64,000 bases of DNA from contig JAJRSW010000061.1 in the NCBI GenBank assembly GCA_024278595.1, positions 4,225-68,224 of the forward strand. Direction: 5' to 3'. The notes under the pieces are model-generated. The model saw nothing but the letters and a program-made list of their open reading frames with translations, was not told where the DNA came from and ran no database searches. The DNA comes from Fidelibacterota bacterium (lineage in GTDB: Bacteria > Fidelibacterota > UBA8477 > JABMPR01). A program made the position numbers and the translations under genes. Positions 1-8,245 of this stretch are shown one piece after another. Numbering within the stretch: the stretch's first letter is position 1; every line of letters starts with the position of its first letter.

Positions 1-403
1 GAGTATTGATCATGATAGCTGGATTTAACAGTGTAACAAAACGATGCACCCGGGTATAAATATCCCAGGGCAGGAAACTGACCCCATCAAATCTATCATC
101 GTGAGCTGCTTTGTAGTAGATCGTGGCTGAAGTGAAGGTCTTAAATATATAAACATCCAGCTTGCGGACTCGGGCAAGGAGTGGTTTAATTTGCTCAAAT
201 TCGCCAGCCGAAGCCGCATGAAACCAAACAATGGGTTTTGGGTCAAGTTTTACTTTATTGTTAAAACTTAGTAAAGCTGCTTTTATGTCTCGTTGACCGG
301 ACAGGCTTCCACCAAGTTTTTCATTAAAGTAGGCTACTAGCCAGGCAACCGGCAGCGCAAGTAACAGTAAGAAGTTATAGATTAAGTAGAAGAAATAATT
401 CAT
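1..403 (-). CDS. waaA: 3-deoxy-D-manno-octulosonic acid (Kdo) transferase WaaA/KdtA, N-terminal part; the gene continues beyond the window start
   Basis: The minus-strand translation starts MNYFFYLIYNFLLLLALPV... and contains WFHAASAGEFEQIKPLL, the N-terminal WaaA/KdtA motif (cf. E. coli HSVSVGETLAA). The ATG at 401-403 overlaps the TGA of the upstream gene (ATGA coupling). Confidence 0.75.
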   Translation of the reverse strand, partial: MNYFFYLIYNFLLLLALPVAWLVAYFNEKLGGSLSGQRDIKAALLSFNNKVKLDPKPIVWFHAASAGEFEQIKPLLARVRKLDVYIFKTFTSATIYYKAAHDDRFDGVSFLPWDIYTRVHRFVTLLNPAIMINT

Positions 404-900
404 TTATCCTGGGCGGCGATAATCAGATCTGCAAATTCACGGAAAGCACCATCGCCACCGACCCGATCCAGCAGAATGTCAGGTTTTAGAATATGAAAGG
501 CAGGTGTACTGGCTGGTGAGGCGGTTAGTCCTGCAACCTGCATCACAATATAATCATTAACATCATCTCCGATATAGGCCACCTGATCAGGTGTCAGGTC
601 ATATTTTTCCAACAGTGTTTCAAAAACGATCAGTTTGTCTTTGATCCCCAGGAAGACATCATCAAGTTTTAACTTTTTAGCCCTGGCAGCGACGGAGGGT
701 GAGTCTTCACCAGAAATCATTGCCGTAGGTATTCCAACCTTATTTAGGAGATAGGTAGCCATTCCATCATAGGTGCTGAAGGCCTTCATAACTTCCCCCT
801 CAGCGTTATAATACATTTTGGCATCTGTCCAGACCCCGTCAATATCGGTAACAACCAATTTTATTTTGCCGGCTTTGGCCTTCAGCTCAGCTGAGATCAT
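400..900 (-). CDS. KdsC-family HAD phosphatase (Kdo-8-P / Kdn-9-P phosphatase family)
   Basis: The motif VVTDIDGVWTD (HAD motif I) and the rest of the sequence match the YrbI/KdsC family (~165 aa). The gene sits immediately downstream of a NeuB-family synthase. Confidence 0.8.
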   Translation of the reverse strand: MISAELKAKAGKIKLVVTDIDGVWTDAKMYYNAEGEVMKAFSTYDGMATYLLNKVGIPTAMISGEDSPSVAARAKKLKLDDVFLGIKDKLIVFETLLEKYDLTPDQVAYIGDDVNDYIVMQVAGLTASPASTPAFHILKPDILLDRVGGDGAFREFADLIIAAQDK

Positions 901-951
901 ACAAGTCTCCTATCACTTCGTCTGGTCAAAACTGTTTAACAGATCAGCCTG

Positions 952-2001
952 TCACCAGTTTATATCTTCATCCTTCAAAACTATATCTGCGGTAATATCA
1001 TGACACACGCTTTTCCCGATCAGCTGATCCAGGCGTGCCGGGGATATACCGTTTCCAGGACCCTTCGTAGTTAACATGTCAGCACTGAGAATTGTGTTGG
1101 CTGAAATATCAACGGCCGAGACAACACTCTTGGCCAGTTTTTTAAAAACCGGCGCTTCAGATTTCTGGATTTGTTTTTTAATGCCACCCATGGCTAATTC
1201 AATGTGACGAATATCCCGGACAAGTTTAGCAAATCCGCTGGGCTCCAATGAGGCTGCATGATCACCGCCTTTCATGGTCCGATCTAGTGTAAAATGGCGC
1301 TCCACGATCTGCGCGCCCAGCGCCACGGCGGCTTCCGTAATGGCTATCCCTAATTCATGACCAGAATAGCCGATGACCGCTGAAGGGAACCTGGTCTTGA
1401 AGGTGCTGATCACACCCAGATTGATCTCCTCAAAAGCAGATGGGTAGGTGGATGTGCACTGGAGGATAGCGAGCGGAATATTATATGATTCCAGCACTTT
1501 AACTGCGGTTTCCACCATGTCCATATCAGCCATGCCTGTGGAGAGGATCATGGGCTTACCCTGCTTGGCTGTGTGGACTAGCAAGGGGATATTGGTCAGA
1601 TCTGCTGAAGCCATTTTATAAAAAGGGATCCCCAGATCATTTAAAAAGTCAATACTTTCTTCGTCCCATCCAGATGCGATGAAGTCAATGCCAAGGTTTG
1701 TGGCAAACTTGAATAACTCCTGGTAATCTATTTCAGATAGCTCTAGGGCCCGCTTGTGGTCCCCGTAGGTTTTACCAAAAGAATTTCGGTTTTCATAGGG
1801 CATGTCAAGCCCCTCCTGAGTCAGGATTCGTTCAATGCAGCGTTTTTGGAATTTAACCGCACTGGCACCCGCTGCCCTTGCCTCAGAAATAAGTTTTTTA
1901 GCAATCTCAACATCACCTTGATGATTGATCCCTATTTCAGCAATTATATAAGTTGGTTCCTTATCTCCAACGATCTGTGAACCAAGCTGTAGAGTTGGCA
2001 A
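952..2001 (-). CDS. NeuB-family nonulosonic acid (N-acylneuraminate / Kdn-9-phosphate) synthase with a C-terminal SAF domain
   Basis: The N-terminal motifs IIAEIGINHQGD and ARAAGASAVKFQKR are typical of the NeuB/sialic acid synthase TIM barrel. The C-terminal ~60 aa are antifreeze-like/SAF. Length 349 aa. Confidence 0.85.
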   Translation of the reverse strand: MPTLQLGSQIVGDKEPTYIIAEIGINHQGDVEIAKKLISEARAAGASAVKFQKRCIERILTQEGLDMPYENRNSFGKTYGDHKRALELSEIDYQELFKFATNLGIDFIASGWDEESIDFLNDLGIPFYKMASADLTNIPLLVHTAKQGKPMILSTGMADMDMVETAVKVLESYNIPLAILQCTSTYPSAFEEINLGVISTFKTRFPSAVIGYSGHELGIAITEAAVALGAQIVERHFTLDRTMKGGDHAASLEPSGFAKLVRDIRHIELAMGGIKKQIQKSEAPVFKKLAKSVVSAVDISANTILSADMLTTKGPGNGISPARLDQLIGKSVCHDITADIVLKDEDINW

Positions 2002-2033
2002 TGTAAACCTCCATCAAAAGAACAATAAATGAT

Positions 2034-2720
2034 CTAATTTTTTAGTTTTGCAGCGATCTCTTCCAATAAAGTGAAATCACTTGAGTTATCAATTTCCGGG
2101 CTGTATTCCTCAGGAAATACCGTGTACCCGATGCGACCACCGAGACGATTAGCTGTTTTTTGAAAATGTTGTTTGGTAAAGATATAAACGGATCCATTTT
2201 CAACATAGCGGGTATCAGCAACAGTCATATCCTGACGTCGGGGTCGATTCAGATAATCATACTGAGCTTCAGCCTTGAGACCGTTAAGCTTCCAGAAAAA
2301 TCGATGGGTCGCTGAGAGGCTGAGCAGGGAATCAAATTCCTGATCCTGAAAATGTTTTAAAGCCTGATCTAATGAACCGATGGGGCGTAAAGGACTGGTA
2401 GCTTGCAGAAGTACGATGATATCTGGAGACAATTCTTTCGTTTGCCACCATGAAAGCGCGTGGGCGACGGCCGATTCAGTAGTTGCTGTATCGCCGGAAA
2501 TATTTTTTGGGCGTGGAATGATGCTGGCACCTGCTTGTCGAGCTATATCCGTGATCAGCTTATCATCAGTAGATACGAAGACACCGGTCACAAAGCTTGA
2601 ATTTAGGGCATATTCAATGGAGTGGGTAATCAGCGGTTGCCCCAGAAACGGTTTGATGTTCTTTTGAGGCACACCTTTAGAGCCCCCCCGAGCAGGTATT
2701 ATGCAGAAAATTTCCATCAT
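2034..2720 (-). CDS. Acylneuraminate (CMP-nonulosonic acid) cytidylyltransferase, NeuA/KdsB superfamily
   Basis: The N-terminus IIPARGGSKGVPQKNI is the NeuA-type CTP-binding motif. The protein is 228 aa and lies between the NeuB-like gene and the glycan operons. Confidence 0.8.
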   Translation of the reverse strand: MMEIFCIIPARGGSKGVPQKNIKPFLGQPLITHSIEYALNSSFVTGVFVSTDDKLITDIARQAGASIIPRPKNISGDTATTESAVAHALSWWQTKELSPDIIVLLQATSPLRPIGSLDQALKHFQDQEFDSLLSLSATHRFFWKLNGLKAEAQYDYLNRPRRQDMTVADTRYVENGSVYIFTKQHFQKTANRLGGRIGYTVFPEEYSPEIDNSSDFTLLEEIAAKLKN

Positions 2721-2911
2721 ACAATATAGGAGGCTTGCTACGTTTCGCAGACCACAATTTAAGTTTCCGTCTACGTTCCCTGGAAATTGCTTTGTGACAT
2801 TTGGGAGCTTGGAAGGTCGATGAATGCTGGAGTTTAGTGAATTTCCTGGACATGGAGAGGATAAACTCGGGTGCCTCTATTCTGTTTTTTGAATTCTGGT
2901 CCAGGATTATG

Positions 2912-3784
2912 TTCACCGCCATGGAGCGCTATGTACTGATCATTTTAATTATGGGTCTGTTCGGTGTGAGCTTTGGGGCTCCCCTGGCTCGCTTTGTCCC
3001 TGAACTGGCGGCCCTGACGATTGCCTTTTGGCGCATGGCCGGGTCTTCAGCTTTGCTCTGGACCTCCGCTTCTGTCAAAGCTCAGGGAAGCTTGAGCCGT
3101 AAAAAAATTCCCATCATTAGCATAGCTGGTATATTTCTGGCTCTGCACTTTGCCTGTTTTTATTCGGCAGTCAAGGTGGCACCGATTGCCAATGCCACTC
3201 TCTTTGCCACGCTGGCACCGGTGTTTACCCTGATCTATGAGCGATTCATATTAAAGCGAAAACTACCCCTGGGAGCCCTGGTTGGATTGTGGCTGGCGAT
3301 TGGTGGCGCAGTGCTGGTGCAGGGAGGAGCCATACAATTTGGAACAGGAGAATCACTTGGAAATCTACTGGCCCTGGCCAGCTCCGTATTTATGGCTGTC
3401 GTGCTCATCATTGCCGAGCAAATACGGAGAACAACTACCACGATCATGTTCACACGTTGGCTATATTTTTTTGCCGCAGTGACGCTTGGTGCGATTGCTG
3501 TGGTAGCGGGTGTCGAATTAGGATTTGGCCAACCGGATCTCAAATGGATCCTTGCTCTGATCATTCTGCCGACCCTTATCGGTCATAATAGCATGAATTA
3601 TGCAGTTAGATATTTACGCCCTACCATTGTTGGATCCATGCCCTTTGGGGAACCGATCCTGGCAACCATACTGGCCTGGTTCCTATTTGGCGAATCAATT
3701 GGTTTACACGTAGTGTTCGGTGGCGGTGTTACCTTAACCGGTTTAGTGATTCTTACCTTAAAAAGAGGGTCAGGGGACCAATAG
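2912..3784 (+). CDS. DMT-superfamily (EamA-like) transporter; the start codon is uncertain and the longest ORF begins at 2801
   Basis: About 290 aa with ten hydrophobic segments arranged as two EamA-like halves. It is the only plus-strand gene inside the glycan locus. Confidence 0.6.
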   Translation, partial: FTAMERYVLIILIMGLFGVSFGAPLARFVPELAALTIAFWRMAGSSALLWTSASVKAQGSLSRKKIPIISIAGIFLALHFACFYSAVKVAPIANATLFATLAPVFTLIYERFILKRKLPLGALVGLWLAIGGAVLVQGGAIQFGTGESLGNLLALASSVFMAVVLIIAEQIRRTTTTIMFTRWLYFFAAVTLGAIAVVAGVELGFGQPDLKWILALIILPTLIGHNSMNYAVRYLRPTIVGSMPFGEPILATILAWFLFGESIGLHVVFGGGVTLTGLVILTLKRGSGDQ

Positions 3785-4402
3785 CTGAAGCTTGCCGTCC
3801 TGAATCAGTTCTTCAATAAAAGCTTTTTCACCACTCACATCATGTTTACCGGCCTTTCGGATAACCCCCTTATCCTTTAGCCAGCGCATAGCCGGAGAGT
3901 CGAAATAGTGACTGGTGCTGCCGACAAAGAAATCAAAACCATGCAAGGTTACATCCAAACCCAGTAGATAGAAAAAATAGATGGTGAAGAAGCCGGTGGT
4001 AGGACGATCAATACCACATTCACTTTCCATGTTTTGCATCATATTCAGGGGCAACATGAAGTACTTGTCAGTCCCTAGGCGACGTTGAATACGATCCATA
4101 ATAGTTTCATCTTTGTGCTCCAGAACCACCGGCGGGATCATCACTAAGATGTTTTCAGGGAGCTCAAAACGTTTCTTCAGTCCCTGGTTGGCACCATTCA
4201 CCCAGATATCAGTGCGTGAGCCGACTCTGGACTCCAAACCCGTAGTTACAAAGTTATTGATACGTACAACCTGGTCAAAATTATCGATACGCTGACCCAA
4301 ATCATAAGTAGCAGCACTGGGTCCGTTTCCCATGATCAACAGGGAATTATTTACGAGTGAATGATATGATTCAGGCAGGTCTTGTAGATTAAACCCGGAC
4401 AT
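3770..4402 (-). CDS. GT42-family (Cst-I/Cst-II-like) sialyltransferase-like glycosyltransferase
   Basis: LIMGNGPSAATYDLGQRIDNFDQVVRINNF aligns with the Campylobacter Cst-II N-terminus IIAGNGPSLKEIDYSRLPNDFDVFRCNQF. PTTGFF...YLLGLDVTLHGFDFF matches Cst-II ITSGVY...LGYKEIYLSGIDFY. Confidence 0.7.
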   Translation of the reverse strand: MSGFNLQDLPESYHSLVNNSLLIMGNGPSAATYDLGQRIDNFDQVVRINNFVTTGLESRVGSRTDIWVNGANQGLKKRFELPENILVMIPPVVLEHKDETIMDRIQRRLGTDKYFMLPLNMMQNMESECGIDRPTTGFFTIYFFYLLGLDVTLHGFDFFVGSTSHYFDSPAMRWLKDKGVIRKAGKHDVSGEKAFIEELIQDGKLQLLVP

Positions 4403-4405
4403 GTT

Positions 4406-5491
4406 TTATCCCGTCTTGTAGATAGATCCATCATCAAGAGCGACATTCCACTCCTTTACCGGCGTGCGCCAATCTTGGCCATATTTTACCTCGATAAATC
4501 CTACAGGGTTAGCCGGGACCGGGACCTCTTTACCGTAAAATGTCAGGCTCTCTGGAGCATTCAGATATTCTTTACGATGATAGGCGTTGCGATTCCAGAC
4601 GACATACTTATATACCGTTTCATCAGTATCGGGGAGCTTGCCCTCATAGTATACGAACAGGTCAAGACAGAGCTTCTCTTTGAAGATCAAATTTTTGCGG
4701 GGGTAGATCTTTAAGACCCGGTATTTACCCAATTGCCAGATCTTATTTGTCTTTGGGAAATCTTTCACGCTCACATAAAATCTGCGGCGTAAGTGACGGA
4801 TCAAACGTTTCATCTGGGCTTCAGATTCGAATTTCATTCCAAAATCAAGATCATGATCCCAGGGAATGAGCTTTTGATCACGCAGGGCTCCCAACAGTGT
4901 ACCTCCTTCAACCCAAAAGCTGATTCCAGCTGAATTCATGATGCTTATATTTTCATGCATGAATTGAACCGCCTGCTTTTCAGCTCTTGAATCAAAGGCT
5001 ACCGGGTGTTTCTTGTAAAAGCCGGCCATGAGTTCTTTTTTGTAATGCTCGATAAACTCATTCAAATTTGGGGGTAAAAGGATGTCGATGCCATCCAGAG
5101 TAATTCTCTGAAGGGAGGTTTGATGGAGATCTAAATTTGAAAAAAAAGTATCGTGACCCCCCAAAAATGCTAAATGACCATTTTCCACTGGCCGAAGAAG
5201 TGTCAAACTTACATGTTCAGGGTCTTTTTGAAAGAGACCAGTCTTAGATCTTAGTTTATAATATCGGTGGCCTTCGTTGGTCTTTGGCTTCAGAACGATC
5301 CTGTGCCGGATAAGGCTTAGGGCAAGGCGGAACAGTTGCCCACGACTTAGCGGGAATAGGTAGAGCCTGAGATTAGGGGAATATTTGCAAAGAGTTCCCT
5401 CGCTTAACCCAACCAGGGAATCAGCCCCCACGATATAGGGGATCTGATGATCATTCAGGGTGGCAAGCACCTGTTTGAAAAAGGGAATCAC
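4406..5491 (-). CDS. LicD-family phosphotransferase (fukutin/LicD nucleotidyltransferase fold), apparently with a degenerate tandem N-terminal LicD-like half
   Basis: The C-terminal half carries ISFWVEGGTLLGALRDQKLIPWDHDLDFGM, the LicD signature with a DxD. The N-terminal half carries IPYIVGADSLVGLSEG, which resembles a second degraded copy. Confidence 0.65.
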   Translation of the reverse strand: MIPFFKQVLATLNDHQIPYIVGADSLVGLSEGTLCKYSPNLRLYLFPLSRGQLFRLALSLIRHRIVLKPKTNEGHRYYKLRSKTGLFQKDPEHVSLTLLRPVENGHLAFLGGHDTFFSNLDLHQTSLQRITLDGIDILLPPNLNEFIEHYKKELMAGFYKKHPVAFDSRAEKQAVQFMHENISIMNSAGISFWVEGGTLLGALRDQKLIPWDHDLDFGMKFESEAQMKRLIRHLRRRFYVSVKDFPKTNKIWQLGKYRVLKIYPRKNLIFKEKLCLDLFVYYEGKLPDTDETVYKYVVWNRNAYHRKEYLNAPESLTFYGKEVPVPANPVGFIEVKYGQDWRTPVKEWNVALDDGSIYKTG

Positions 5492-6234
5492 GCTTTTCCC
5501 AGCTCCCGATTTGCTTGTTCAAGGTCTGCAGTGAAATCGACCTCAATACACAAAATATCAGAGACATCAACGGGGTAGATCTTAAAGCCCTCATCGATGG
5601 CGTGTTCAATCCCCCGCTCAAAATAATCATCATTCTCACAGCGATCCAACATTCGAATGAATAAGGAAATATCACCAGCAATGATCTTATTGACACCCAC
5701 TGATTCACCCAGAGCATGGTTAACGGTCTTGGAGACAGCATTGATAGCACCGTCAGCAGCCACAGTGTATTTGACCTCTTCATCCCCGACTGATGCCATG
5801 TTCACCGCCATACAGGAGGTCTCGCAATTGATAACTCGTGTTAAAACCTGAGGGTCAAAGACCACATCACCGTTAAGCCAGATGACATCATGGGTTCTAA
5901 CTTTTTTCAAGGCTTTCAGTAGGCTTTTTGAGGTGTTGGTACGATCATAGACATTGTTAAAAATATAGGTGAGTTCAGAGAACTCCTCCATGATCAGATC
6001 CTTTTTAAAGCCGACCACAACCAGGATATCGTCTACAGAAATAATTTGCTGAAGGGCGGTGACTTGCCTCTCCATAATCATTTCGCCGTTGGAAAGTTGG
6101 GTGAGGGGTTTCGGGCGCGGGTTGCCAAGTCGTGAACCAATACCGGCTGCCAGAATGATCGCTTTCACTGGATTACCTCTTTTTTGTAATCCCATACCCG
6201 GGATCAGTTTCAATAGTTCAGGTCGACCCAACAA
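5488..6234 (-). CDS. LicC-like sugar/alcohol-phosphate nucleotidyl(cytidylyl)transferase
   Basis: KAIILAAGIGSRLG...PKPL is the NTP-transferase G-loop, closest to LicC (MKAIILAAGLGTRL). The start may instead be the internal Met at 6195. The stop overlaps the LicD start. Confidence 0.65.
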   Translation of the reverse strand: MLGRPELLKLIPGMGLQKRGNPVKAIILAAGIGSRLGNPRPKPLTQLSNGEMIMERQVTALQQIISVDDILVVVGFKKDLIMEEFSELTYIFNNVYDRTNTSKSLLKALKKVRTHDVIWLNGDVVFDPQVLTRVINCETSCMAVNMASVGDEEVKYTVAADGAINAVSKTVNHALGESVGVNKIIAGDISLFIRMLDRCENDDYFERGIEHAIDEGFKIYPVDVSDILCIEVDFTADLEQANRELGKA

Positions 6235-6292
6235 AAATCGACAGGGTGATTATATAGCAATACAGGGTGCAAACACAAGTGTTTCCATGAGG

Positions 6293-7357
6293 TTAATCAG
6301 GCAGTTGCCGGACAGTATTATTGCTTAAGAAATGATCGATCATGTGGGTGATGCGCTGGCAGGAGTGCCCGTCTGCTTTCCAGCAGCTTTGCTCTGCCCA
6401 GAATTGCCGTTCCTGTTTGAATTGGTCGGGATGTTCCAGGGCAGCCCCAATACTTTCTTCCAATTCATCTGGCAGAGCTGTGTGACCCATGATCCAATCT
6501 TCATCAATGTAGGGAATTTTAAATGGCCGGGTGGCACGGTCAGTATTTTGCTCCCGGGCAATGATCGTATCCGATACCCAGATCCCGGACCGGCGTCTCT
6601 CTTGCTCGGGAAAACAGCCGGGATAATGGGGTAGTATTAATTGGATCACGGGCTTGTCAAGTATGGCCGCTTCTGCCAGCACAGAAGAAACGTCACTCAC
6701 TACCACATCAGCTAAATGGAGAAAACGGTTTATATTTCCTCCATCAGGCTTTACTGCTCCGTATTTCCTGGCCAGTGAATAATCGGCTGAATGAGGGACA
6801 ATTAAAACATTGTCCAGTCTTGAAAGGTGTTTGGCATTGTGAATTCCGGCCGCTGGATTTTTCCTCCCACCCCATGATGGAGCAAAGAGAGTGATGGGTT
6901 TATCTGGATCCAGGGAGAATTGTTGACCTAAGCTGGCCTTGTCGATGGTCTGGTTGACCAGTTCATCAACTTTGGGGTAGCCGCCCAAAAGACCCCGGCT
7001 AAAGTCTGGATTAATGGCTTCCATCTTGCGTTTAAAAACTTCCCCGGGATAGAATAGTAGAGCAGCTCGCTGAAAGAAATCATACTTGTAGGTATAGTAT
7101 TTCATGGGACTGAGCCCATGTTCGATATAAATGAATTGACCCTGCCACCCACATTTTTCCAACCGTACCAACGGTTGGTCATAGGCGATAACAATTGTGG
7201 ATGAGATAGCTTTTAAGAAGGCACGATTTCTAAAACAATTACGATGAACTTTGGTAAACCGGACTGCCCATCCAACCTGTTTCATGTACTGGAATAGTGG
7301 TAACAGGCTGGCGTAACCCTTGGTGGTTGAATAGACCAGATCAAGCGTATGGGACAT
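6293..7357 (-). CDS. TagB/TagF-family CDP-glycerol/CDP-ribitol : glycosyl polyol-phosphotransferase
   Basis: TLFAPSWGG matches the ILYAPTWR motif. VVSDVSSVLAEAAILDKPVI matches TDYSS...LDKPII of Glyphos_transf (PF04464). Confidence 0.65.
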   Translation of the reverse strand: MSHTLDLVYSTTKGYASLLPLFQYMKQVGWAVRFTKVHRNCFRNRAFLKAISSTIVIAYDQPLVRLEKCGWQGQFIYIEHGLSPMKYYTYKYDFFQRAALLFYPGEVFKRKMEAINPDFSRGLLGGYPKVDELVNQTIDKASLGQQFSLDPDKPITLFAPSWGGRKNPAAGIHNAKHLSRLDNVLIVPHSADYSLARKYGAVKPDGGNINRFLHLADVVVSDVSSVLAEAAILDKPVIQLILPHYPGCFPEQERRRSGIWVSDTIIAREQNTDRATRPFKIPYIDEDWIMGHTALPDELEESIGAALEHPDQFKQERQFWAEQSCWKADGHSCQRITHMIDHFLSNNTVRQLPD

Positions 7358-7369
7358 GGGTTTACCTAA

Positions 7370-8062
7370 TCACTGATGTTGTTTAACTTCCATTTTTCCC
7401 AGGAAGATCTCAGCGATCTTTAGATCATCCGAGTGGGTGATCTTCATGGTTTCAGGTGCACCGGGCACAAAGCCTAATTTTGCGGAAGCATGGGTCTGTT
7501 TCACCAGCCCCATTTCATCAGTATCAAGCTTACCTGTGGCATGGGCCTGGCGCAGGATATTAAGTTTGAAACATTGCGGTGTCTGAACAATCCTCAAGGT
7601 ATCACGATCCAGATTATCAAAGCCCTGACTGGTTATTTGGACCATGGAATCGGTGGGTGTGATCGCCGGAGCCACACCATCGTATGTGGTTAGTTTTTGA
7701 AGGCATGCGTCAATTATGTAAGCCGGAATGAGTGGCCGGGCTGCGTCATGTACCAGAACGAACTGCGTATTTTTTGAACAAGCACTCAAGCCATTGGATA
7801 CTGAATCCTGGCGGGTCGGCCCTCCTGGAACCACCTGGCATTCGGGGTAACTTGAGGTGACAGATCGAAGATAAACTGCAGATGTCACTATAATGACCTT
7901 ATGGATCTCCGGGTGTTCCAGAAAGGTCTGGACCGAATAGCTTAAGATTTCCCGGCCATTCAGTTTGAGAAATTGTTTGGGGATCTGTGAGGCTAATCTA
8001 CTGCCACTTCCCGCAGCTACTATAATTGCAGTATTCAAGGTGTTTATCATATCCTTTAACAT
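7370..8062 (-). CDS. IspD/TarI-family cytidylyltransferase; in this context likely CDP-polyol (e.g. CDP-ribitol) synthase rather than housekeeping IspD
   Basis: AIIVAAGSGSRLASQIPKQFL is the IspD/TarI signature. The protein is 230 aa and is the first gene of the operon ending in the GT42 gene. Confidence 0.7.
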   Translation of the reverse strand: MLKDMINTLNTAIIVAAGSGSRLASQIPKQFLKLNGREILSYSVQTFLEHPEIHKVIIVTSAVYLRSVTSSYPECQVVPGGPTRQDSVSNGLSACSKNTQFVLVHDAARPLIPAYIIDACLQKLTTYDGVAPAITPTDSMVQITSQGFDNLDRDTLRIVQTPQCFKLNILRQAHATGKLDTDEMGLVKQTHASAKLGFVPGAPETMKITHSDDLKIAEIFLGKMEVKQHQ

Positions 8063-8245
8063 AGTTGAGAGTAGGCTGAATTACAATTTTACGATTGGTC
8101 TCGTCAGTTGGGGCTCCGGATCTGTGACGTTTGTTAAAAGTATTAATTAACCAGAGCTATCACATGTTGATATTATTTGGCTTATAGGAGCACATTAGCG
8201 TAAAATGTAATTGTAAATCCATGTTTTGCTGAGCATAATGGCGCC

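Noticed and set aside
3235-3588. Three overlapping small ORFs inside the DMT transporter gene (both strands)
   Set aside because: They are internal to a well-formed membrane-protein gene and are GC-skewed frames without motifs.
7370-8062. Calling this gene housekeeping ispD (MEP pathway)
   Set aside because: It is the first gene of an operon with TagF-like, LicC-like, LicD and GT42 genes. No ispF is adjacent. Family membership (IspD/TarI) is clear but the pathway assignment is not, so no gene symbol is given.
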